The position numbers and the translations under genes were made by a program. A stretch of 63,638 nucleotides of DNA, the filler included, from Octopus bimaculoides (taxonomy: Eukaryota): assembly GCF_001194135.2 (NCBI RefSeq). It is 5 parts of 5 records of this genome, joined end to end, with 100 filler letters (N's around TTAATTAATTAA, not from the genome) between each part and the next. Parts side by side here need not be neighbours in the genome. Positions count along the whole stretch, not along the records: positions 62,273 to 63,638 come from NC_068999.1; 4 more parts are not named here. One strand, written 5' to 3'. Positions 63,240 through 63,638 of the stretch are shown one piece after another (within the stretch, counting starts at the first letter, position 1; each line of letters opens with the position of its first letter). Below the pieces are notes generated by a model that did not search any database, was not told where the DNA came from, and was given only the letters and a program-made list of their open reading frames with translations.

Positions 63240-63638
63240 AATACATACATAAATATATACACGTAAGAGGAGAGACAGATAAATATGTGTAAAGTTATTA
63301 AACGTATACATACCCGTTTGTTAGATATATACACACCTATACGCACATATATACATTCGCAGGTTTATTCATTTATACATTCATATACATTTGTATGAAT
63401 GTATGTATGTATGCATGTATGTATGTATATATATGTACCAATGTATAGGTGTGTGTGTATATGTATGCATGTATGTATACGTAAATGTATCCATGCATGT
63501 ATGTATTTATATATACATATGTAAATTGTAAAAAGTGGTTAGAAACAAATCTTGATAAAGTCACGATATTTGAAGAAAGATTCTCTCAAATTAAAGATTA
63601 TTAATTATATAAAAAAAATCTTAAATAAACACACACAC

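Overview
AT-rich, microsatellite-dense, gapped animal genomic scaffold. The repeat families and assembly style resemble Octopus or another coleoid cephalopod (inference). No complete host gene is recognisable; most six-frame ORFs are microsatellite or N-gap artefacts. The window is dominated by mobile DNA. There are at least three abundant tRNA-type SINE families (labelled A, B and C here) plus a fourth tRNA-like repeat. DNA transposons comprise two near-full mariner relics with TIRs, three small Tc1/mariner deletion derivatives or MITEs and a mariner fragment. Retroelement relics are two Penelope-like elements (PLEs; RT and/or GIY-YIG), a CR1/L2-type LINE 3' end, an RTE-type RT segment, an RTE-like zinc-finger tail and the 5' end of a HERO-like (RLE-type) element. 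The most interesting signals are: (i) five hammerhead-ribozyme-like motifs of the minimal, palindromic-stem-III PLE type, three physically tied to the PLE relics, including an inverted pLTR pair around a GIY-YIG remnant; (ii) a 3' tail shared by the CR1-type LINE and SINE family B; (iii) a recurrent head-duplicating compound architecture in SINE family A; (iv) a YY1-motif cluster and several splice-consensus candidate exons of unidentified host gene(s). All alignments and translations were done by eye, with no database searches.
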